In this document: positions 44,472 to 51,183 of the stretch, piece by piece
Numbering within the stretch: position 1 is the first letter of the stretch
How the letters are laid out: every line of letters starts with the position of its first letter
NCBI GenBank assembly: GCA_016938065.1
Contig: JAFGVI010000086.1
Location: 2,155 to 66,154 of the forward strand
Length of the DNA stretch: 64,000 nt
From: Deltaproteobacteria bacterium
GTDB taxonomy: Bacteria; Desulfobacterota; Anaeroferrophillalia; Anaeroferrophillales; Tharpellaceae
Direction: 5' to 3'
The notes under the pieces: generated by a model
The model's input: the letters and a program-made list of their open reading frames with translations, nothing else
Told to the model about the DNA's origin: nothing
Databases searched by the model: none
Program-made: the position numbers and the translations under genes

Positions 44472-44671
44472 AGCAGAAAAGAGATAAATTTCTGAGATCA
44501 CTTTTAAAGATGCGACAGACAAGCCGACAACACCGGATAAACTATTTAAAAAGAATTTGAGGTTACAGATTAAACTTGACCGGGGATGGACCCCGGTCAG
44601 TTAAATAAGGAGCAGGATAAATTAGAAGTGGAATTTTTAAGCAGTTCAATTTTAAAAAAGGAGTATCGCAG

Positions 44672-46096
44672 ATGAAAAAAAGTTATCTTGCATTACTGGT
44701 GAGCATTATCTTTATCCTCGCCACGGTTGGATCATCCTTCGCCGCCATGGGTGAAGGCACGGTCAGCGCCAAAAAGGGCGTGGACCTGACTCTCTTCGGC
44801 AGCAACCGCGTCATCCCGACTTGGTGTTCAAACATGAATGATTTTGACAGCGACACCCATGACGGCATAACCCTGGATGAAGGCGGCTTTTACGCTGGTT
44901 TTTTTGTCCACAATGAACTTCGTCTCGGCTTTGCCGGCAAGGGCGAAAATTTCGGTTTCAGCGTCATTCTCGAAAATGATATTCACTACACCAAAGACAA
45001 CGTCGACCGCAACACCTACACTGGCTATGGTAATAACAGCTCCGATTTCGGCGGCGAATTCGGCGTTGAACGCTCCAAATTCTGGTACGACTTCGGTCCG
45101 GTCAAGTTCACCACCGGTTGGGATGTAACCTGGGCTGACCTTAAGACTGGTGGTCTCGTCTATGGTGATGACCATCCCTTCATGATGCTCTCCGGTAAAG
45201 CTGGCGACAGCATGGACTGGCAGCTCAACATGCTCCTGATCAATGACTCAGATGATCTCTACAGCGGTAACCAGTATCGCGACACTGACTGGTACGCTTA
45301 TATTGCCAAAATGAATTTCAAATTCTCTGGCATGACCGTTAGCCCGTTTGCGGTTTTCAGTGACATGCGCAAAGGCGTCCAGAAAACTGGCAACGCCCAG
45401 TCTTACTATTTCGGCCTTGAAGGCTATGGTAAAGTCGGCATGTTGATGCCGAGCTTTGAGATCGTCGGTGTAACAGGTACGATCAATGACGCTGCTGCTG
45501 GCGGGACCAAAGATTACGATATCAGCTCCTTTGCGGCTTTCGCCTCTTTGAAATTTGACCTGATGCCTGAATTCCAGCCCTACATCGGTGGTTTCTACGT
45601 ACAGGGTGACGATGACAATACCGACAACGACGCTGACGGTTTTGTCGGGATCACCAACATTACCCGCTACACCCCGACCTTCGGTATGGAAGGCGCTTAC
45701 ATCTACGAACATATCAGCGGTATCGGTTCTCCGCTTTACGGCCTGACCCCGGAAAGACTGGGTAACGCTACGGCAAGATATGGTGGTATCAGCGCAGCCG
45801 GTACCGGTAACAACCCTGGCCTTATCTACATTGGCGCTGGCGCCACCGGTAAAGTCGGCGGCGCTGCCTACAAAGTCCAGACCGCCTATATGTGGTTTGA
45901 AGAAAAAGATGGGCTTGGCCTTGATAACGACGAGATCGGTCTGACCGTTGACGCTCAGGCTACCTATAAGTTCTCCCCGAATTTCTCGATCAACTACACC
46001 ATCAGCGGACTCTTCCCTGGCGACGGAGTTGAAGATTTGAAGGGTAACGATGACACTGCCTGGATCACCCGTTCAGAAATCGTCTGGACTTGGTAA
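44672..46096 (+). CDS. Outer-membrane beta-barrel porin (family not identified; abundant-porin-like codon usage)
   Basis: Has a signal peptide ending SSFA-AMG, alternating amphipathic beta-strand pattern, aromatic girdle residues, and a C-terminal ...IVWTW. It has a strong RBS (AAGGAG) and a strong terminator. Confidence 0.7.
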   Translation: MKKSYLALLVSIIFILATVGSSFAAMGEGTVSAKKGVDLTLFGSNRVIPTWCSNMNDFDSDTHDGITLDEGGFYAGFFVHNELRLGFAGKGENFGFSVILENDIHYTKDNVDRNTYTGYGNNSSDFGGEFGVERSKFWYDFGPVKFTTGWDVTWADLKTGGLVYGDDHPFMMLSGKAGDSMDWQLNMLLINDSDDLYSGNQYRDTDWYAYIAKMNFKFSGMTVSPFAVFSDMRKGVQKTGNAQSYYFGLEGYGKVGMLMPSFEIVGVTGTINDAAAGGTKDYDISSFAAFASLKFDLMPEFQPYIGGFYVQGDDDNTDNDADGFVGITNITRYTPTFGMEGAYIYEHISGIGSPLYGLTPERLGNATARYGGISAAGTGNNPGLIYIGAGATGKVGGAAYKVQTAYMWFEEKDGLGLDNDEIGLTVDAQATYKFSPNFSINYTISGLFPGDGVEDLKGNDDTAWITRSEIVWTW

Positions 46097-46122
46097 GCAT
46101 GTCCTGATTTAAGCTTTACCTG

Positions 46123-46157
46123 AAAAGCCCGGTCGTAACTGACCGGGCTTTTTTTTC
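46123..46157 (+). terminator. Rho-independent terminator after the porin gene
   Basis: GCCCGGTC (46127-46134), loop GTAACT, GACCGGGC (46141-46148), followed by T8. Confidence 0.8.
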
Positions 46158-46419
46158 CAATTCATTCAGCATCTATAGTGAACTCCTCATCTCCCTGATA
46201 CAGCCATATATCACAAAGTAACACCTCACACACACTTACTTGGAACAGAAAAAAATCATGCATTAATTCTTGACAAGTAAAGCCCTTACCAGTAATACAT
46301 CAGCTTCTGAAAAAGTGGCAAGCCTCAGCGCCTTAAAAAACTGCCCGGGCTTGACACCTTCACCCCTCCCCCTTCGGTAAACTTAATTTCTCCATAAATT
46401 TTATGCAGGCAGAATAGAT

Positions 46420-48207
46420 ATGACTAAAAGAAAATTCATTTTATCGATTGTCTCAGTTTTTCTTTTTGCAACCCCGATCTTCTTTTCCCCTCCCCTGCAA
46501 GCCGCCGGGCCCTGGCAGGGTTTGACCCAGGCGATTCAAAGCCATCTTAACCAGGGCAATCAGGCCGTGGGCAATATTACGCTTATTCAAGGGCAGACGG
46601 CCATCATTAACCTGCTCGATCCCCAACTCACAATCGGCTCGACCCTGGCGGTCAAAGGCAATTCTCTTCCCGGAGTCCCCCTGCCGCTTCAGGATAATAT
46701 TGCCTCCCTGCGCCTTATTCAGATCAACGGCAATCAGGCCCGGGCGACCATTCTACCGGGATCGCGTACAACTCCTGTGGGAGCGCCGCTTTTCCCGCTG
46801 GCTCATAATCGGGTCTACCTCTACACCAACCTGACGACGCCGCAGACTCTGCCGCCCTATCAGGATCTGACCCGGGCCTTACAATTCAACCGGATCCCCT
46901 TTGCCGTAAAAAGCTGGGAGCAGATCAGCGCCGGCGACATTCCCGGCATCAGACCGCTGATCGTGGCCTTTGAAGCCGCCGGCAGTCTGATCACCTGCCG
47001 CCTGACCGATCGCGACCAGAACATTTTTTTCCAGAACAGTTTTACGCTCAATTTCGCACCGCCAAGCTACCGCCCCGCCGGTGCCAACTGGTCAGCTCCT
47101 GCACCAGCCGTAAATGTTACTCCATCATCCGAGAGCAGCAGTCGCTCCTTTACTCAGGCCGCGGGTCCGGCTCCGGGTACCACCCCGGCCGGCAGCATCA
47201 AACTGAAAACTCCCTATAAGCGACTGGTTTTTGCTGACTACGACAGTCAGCCCGGTCAGGAGCTGATCCTGCTCAGCGATCAGGGGCTTGAGGTCTATCG
47301 GCTGCAGGAGCTGAAAACCATACCGATAGCCCGCTACCGCCTGCCATACAATGATATGATTCCTCTGCATCTGGACGCCGGTGATTTCAACCACAACGGC
47401 CGCGATGAACTCTACCTTACCCTGGGCCGCCCACTGCTGGTTGACGGCAAGGCCGACACTAAACTCAGCTCAATTATTCTCGAAAATGACAACAGTACCC
47501 TAAAACCGCTCGGCAAAGACTACCCGCACTACTTTCGTGTCATTGAGCAGCGGGACGGCAAACAGGTGCTGCTGGTCCAGGATATGGATCAGTACAAACA
47601 ATACAAGCTTCCGATCCGCTGGGGCGGCTACTATAACGGTAAATTTTCAGTACAGAAGGAATTTGCTCAGGCCCGGGATGTTTTTTCGCTCTATAATTTC
47701 AACTTGAGCCCTTTCAACCCGGAGCATATTCTGATCATTGACGAAGAGGGCAACGTTGCCGGCTTCAACGGAAAAACCTCAGAAAAACTGATCACCGCCG
47801 ATAATAAATATGGAGTTTTTGATGAAACTGCTTATCCACAAAAACTGAAAAGCATCGAATATCAGGGCGGTTTTTCCTTGACTAAAAGCAGCGAGATACG
47901 CTTCAGCGCCCGGCGCTTTGTCAAACGCAACAGCTATGGCGAGCAGATTTTTCTAATCAAGAAGGATCGGGTGGTTATGCCGGATCTTGTCGACAAGGGC
48001 CTTAGCCTGGTGGTTGACGAAGGTGTCAAACATGACCAGGTTATCGGTCTGCAGTGGCGTAACGGCGAAATTCACGAGAGCTGGAAATCACCTAAATTCC
48101 CCCGTGATATTGTCGATTTTGCCTTTACCAGCGAAAACGGCAAAGAGGTCATGGTTATTCTGACCCGCAATCAGGACGGCAAATACTCTCTTGAACTGCT
48201 GCATTAA
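46420..48207 (+). CDS. Secreted protein of unknown function: small beta-domain, LpoB/CsgG-like domain, Pro/Ser linker and FG-GAP-like beta-propeller-like C-terminal half
   Basis: Has a signal peptide (…PPLQA-AGP). ITCRLTDRDQNIFFQNSFTL resembles the terminal strand pair of the two downstream lipoproteins. DAGDFNHNGRDELYL is FG-GAP/VCBS-like. Confidence 0.6.
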   Translation: MTKRKFILSIVSVFLFATPIFFSPPLQAAGPWQGLTQAIQSHLNQGNQAVGNITLIQGQTAIINLLDPQLTIGSTLAVKGNSLPGVPLPLQDNIASLRLIQINGNQARATILPGSRTTPVGAPLFPLAHNRVYLYTNLTTPQTLPPYQDLTRALQFNRIPFAVKSWEQISAGDIPGIRPLIVAFEAAGSLITCRLTDRDQNIFFQNSFTLNFAPPSYRPAGANWSAPAPAVNVTPSSESSSRSFTQAAGPAPGTTPAGSIKLKTPYKRLVFADYDSQPGQELILLSDQGLEVYRLQELKTIPIARYRLPYNDMIPLHLDAGDFNHNGRDELYLTLGRPLLVDGKADTKLSSIILENDNSTLKPLGKDYPHYFRVIEQRDGKQVLLVQDMDQYKQYKLPIRWGGYYNGKFSVQKEFAQARDVFSLYNFNLSPFNPEHILIIDEEGNVAGFNGKTSEKLITADNKYGVFDETAYPQKLKSIEYQGGFSLTKSSEIRFSARRFVKRNSYGEQIFLIKKDRVVMPDLVDKGLSLVVDEGVKHDQVIGLQWRNGEIHESWKSPKFPRDIVDFAFTSENGKEVMVILTRNQDGKYSLELLH

Positions 48208-48231
48208 TCTGCTGCTTTAAATCGATATGGG

Positions 48232-48621
48232 GTGACCTCGTTGACGATTACGTTTCAAACTTTTTCGGATGCTGAAGTTGTGCGCCCCTGGGGTGCATAC
48301 CGTTCAATACTTAAAACTGACGGCCATCAGGTCAAAGAAATTTTTGTCGAGCCCGGCCAGCGCTTGAGTCTGCAGTCGCATCAGCACCGCAGTGAACACT
48401 GGATTGTGACAGCGGGTCCGGCTCTGGTTACGCTTGATGACCGGGAGCTTCAGCTCAGCACCGGCGATCACATCTTTATTCCTCAGGGCGCCCGGCACCG
48501 GCTGGCCAATCCCGGCCCCAAAAAGATTAAAATTATCGAGGTGCAGATCGGCGACTACCTCGGTGAAGATGATATCGTCAGATATGCAGATGACTATCAG
48601 CGCAACCGCGAAAACCGCTGA
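48232..48621 (+). CDS. Stand-alone cupin corresponding to the C-terminal mannose-6-phosphate isomerase (type II) domain of bifunctional ManC
   Basis: RPWGAYRSIL...VKEIFVEPGQRLSLQSHQHRSEHWIV...IPQGARHRLANPG...IEVQIGDYLGEDDIVRYADDY. GTG start. Confidence 0.8.
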   Translation: MTSLTITFQTFSDAEVVRPWGAYRSILKTDGHQVKEIFVEPGQRLSLQSHQHRSEHWIVTAGPALVTLDDRELQLSTGDHIFIPQGARHRLANPGPKKIKIIEVQIGDYLGEDDIVRYADDYQRNRENR

Positions 48622-48650
48622 AATTTTTTCAATTCAGGAAATATAAAACA

Positions 48651-49727
48651 ATGCAGAATATCTATGGTGTTATTTTAGCCGGTGGCTCCGGCACCCGCTT
48701 CTGGCCTTTGAGCCGGCACCAGAAACCAAAACAGCTGATTCCTTTACTTGCAGGCAAAACCACGCTTGAAGTCACGGTAGAGAGGCTGCTGCCCTTGATT
48801 CCGGCACGCAACCTGATGGTGGTTACCAATCAGCGGCAGTATCGTGATGTTGTCGCCAACCTGAGCCCCTATCTCGAAGAAAATCAGATTATCGCCGAAC
48901 CGCAGGGACGCAATACCGGGCCGGCAATCGCCCTGGCCGCCCAGCTGCTCGCCGACCGCTACGGTAAAAATATAATCATGATGGCCTTTCCCGCCGACCA
49001 CTATATCGGCGATCAGGAGCGTTTCCATAAACATCTGCTCAGAGCCGCCGAGTGCGCCGCCGCCGGCAGCCTTGTCACCCTCGGCATTCGACCTAACCGC
49101 CCGGAAACCGGCTATGGCTATATTCAGGGGGGCGAGCCGCTGCCCGAATCTTCCACTCAGAAGATTGCCGCATTTGCGGTCAAGAGGTTTGTCGAAAAAC
49201 CCGACTATCGCACCGCCGCCACCTACCTGATGGAAGGCGGCTATTACTGGAACAGCGGCATTTTTATCTGGCAGGCCGCAAGCATTCTCACCGAGATCGA
49301 TAAAATCATCCCGGAGCTGGGGCAATCTCTGCAGAAATTCGCCATAAATCACGCCGCATATGGTCTGCAGATGGCGCTAGAAAGTTTTTACTCGGAAGTT
49401 GCATCGGTCTCCATCGACATCGGCGTTATGGAAAAATCAAACCATGTCGTAGTGGTTCCCGGAGATTTCGCCTGGAGTGATTTAGGCAGCTGGGACTCCC
49501 TCGACGAACTGCAGCTCTCCCCCTTTGCAGCAACCCAGCCGGTGATAACCATCGGCGCCACCGACAATACCGTTTACAGCCGTAAACTTACGGCCCTGAT
49601 TGATGTGGAAAATCTTCTGATCGTTGAAAGTGACGATGCTCTTCTGATCTGCCGTAAAGGCAGTACGCAGCAGGTTAAAGAGGTTGTGGGTCAACTGGCG
49701 CATTTAAAGCTGGAACAGTTTTTATAA
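48651..49727 (+). CDS. manC: Mannose-1-phosphate guanylyltransferase (NTP-transferase domain only)
   Basis: The N-terminal ILAGGSGTRFWPLSR, GRNTGPAI and YGYI motifs, at 358 aa, fit the monofunctional form. Confidence 0.85.
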   Translation: MQNIYGVILAGGSGTRFWPLSRHQKPKQLIPLLAGKTTLEVTVERLLPLIPARNLMVVTNQRQYRDVVANLSPYLEENQIIAEPQGRNTGPAIALAAQLLADRYGKNIIMMAFPADHYIGDQERFHKHLLRAAECAAAGSLVTLGIRPNRPETGYGYIQGGEPLPESSTQKIAAFAVKRFVEKPDYRTAATYLMEGGYYWNSGIFIWQAASILTEIDKIIPELGQSLQKFAINHAAYGLQMALESFYSEVASVSIDIGVMEKSNHVVVVPGDFAWSDLGSWDSLDELQLSPFAATQPVITIGATDNTVYSRKLTALIDVENLLIVESDDALLICRKGSTQQVKEVVGQLAHLKLEQFL

Positions 49728-49848
49728 GGGCGCAGACGGCAGAAATGGATTGAAAAATAATCATTTCTATGTAATAGCAGGACGTTAATGAGTTTTATCT
49801 ATACAGAACATAACCTGTAAGGTACTAAATTATCAAGGAGAGGAACTG

Positions 49849-51183
49849 ATGACAAGGAAGATTTTACTATTAAGCATTGCCATGGCATTTCTGATCAGCG
49901 GCTGCGGCTGGAGCAGCTTTCATATTCCTTTTTTCGGCAGCAAAAAGGTGCAGGAGGAAGAGCCGCTGGTGCAGGATAGCGCAAAAAGTGATGAGGAACC
50001 GCAGTACTCCGGTCAAGATCAGAACGCCGGCCAGAATCAGCAATACCCTAATCCCTATCAGACTCCAACCGCCGCGAACCCGTATGCACCGGCCCCGCTT
50101 TACGGACAGGCCCAGAGTGCGGCCGGTGCTTTTCAGCCGGGCCAGCCCTACAACCCGAACACCAACTATGCGACCAATGCCACTCCCGGTTATGCCGGAA
50201 CTGGTTATGCAACTCCCGCTTACACCGGCGCTGCGGCTGCAGCCTACGGCACTCAGGGGGCATACGGTGCCCCGGCCGTTCAGCCCTATTATGGTGCGGC
50301 CGGAGCTGAAAGCTTCGGCCAGAATGCGGCCTATGGTGCCTACCCGGCCCCGCAGACTGCAAATAATTTAGGCAGCCCCTACAGCGGCGGCATGGAGGCG
50401 ACAAACTTCGGCAATATGCCGGCGCCTCCGGCCAACACCCCCGACTCTTTCTTCGGCACCCCGCAGAAAGAAGATTTCGCCTTTGGCGGCATCAAACGCA
50501 AAACCCTTTTTATTATCAGCTACCCGCAGCGAGGCTTGAGCACAACCCCTTATGATGACTTCAGTCAGAAGATTTATCAGCGGCTGGCTCAGGCTTCCGG
50601 CATCAATCTGATTCCGCGCGAGGCCGTCGACAATTACAACAATGCTCACCAGTCCTTTAACACCTCCATCGACAACCGTGAACGGTTGAGCAAACTCGGA
50701 CAGGAGCTCGGAGCCCAGGCCATAATTCTGGAAAGGCTTATCTTCACCTCCAACTATATGGCCGGTGGCTATGCCGCTCCGAACCAGCAGGTTGAGCTCC
50801 AGTTGATCGATACCGCCACCGGCTACCCGGTCAAAACCTACACCCTTAATCCGGCAGCTCCCGGCGCGGAACAGGTGGTTAACAGCCTGATAAACCACGT
50901 GCGGATGATCGACTGGAGCGCCCGGGTCATCAAGGTTGAAAACAAGCGGATTCTGATTAACGCCGGCCGCCTCAGCGGCCTCCAGGGAGGACAGAATTTA
51001 CGGGTCTATGCCAAAGGCAGTGAGATCAAAGACCCCAGCAGCCAGCTTTCTCTGGGCCAGGCGCAGGGGGCGCTCAAGGGTACCGTCAAGATTGTCGACT
51101 TTTTCGGCCTGGACGGCGCTATCTGCGAACCCCTGGCGGCCGGAAATTTCGCTCAGGATGACATGATTAAAGCGATTGAATAA
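49849..51183 (+). CDS. Lipoprotein: lipobox, low-complexity region of about 150 aa rich in Tyr/Gln/Asn/Gly/Ala/Pro, LpoB/CsgG-like domain, and a C-terminal beta-domain ending in a VDFFG motif
   Basis: Has the strong RBS AAGGAGAGG and the signal/lipobox LLSIAMAFLISG-C. Composition is as read from the translation. Its domains are paralogous to the next gene. Confidence 0.65.
   Translation: MTRKILLLSIAMAFLISGCGWSSFHIPFFGSKKVQEEEPLVQDSAKSDEEPQYSGQDQNAGQNQQYPNPYQTPTAANPYAPAPLYGQAQSAAGAFQPGQPYNPNTNYATNATPGYAGTGYATPAYTGAAAAAYGTQGAYGAPAVQPYYGAAGAESFGQNAAYGAYPAPQTANNLGSPYSGGMEATNFGNMPAPPANTPDSFFGTPQKEDFAFGGIKRKTLFIISYPQRGLSTTPYDDFSQKIYQRLAQASGINLIPREAVDNYNNAHQSFNTSIDNRERLSKLGQELGAQAIILERLIFTSNYMAGGYAAPNQQVELQLIDTATGYPVKTYTLNPAAPGAEQVVNSLINHVRMIDWSARVIKVENKRILINAGRLSGLQGGQNLRVYAKGSEIKDPSSQLSLGQAQGALKGTVKIVDFFGLDGAICEPLAAGNFAQDDMIKAIE

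Noticed and set aside
44400-44560. Possible c-di-GMP/cGAMP (GEMM-type) riboswitch in the porin leader, considered because such riboswitches are common upstream of envelope genes in Geobacter relatives
   Set aside because: I could not find the conserved GEMM features: the paired P1/P2 stems with a GNRA tetraloop and receptor, and the GGGCAAACC / GGGACGCAAAGCC-like cores. Only a loose GCGACAGACAAGCC resemblance is present. A covariance-model scan would be needed to reopen this.
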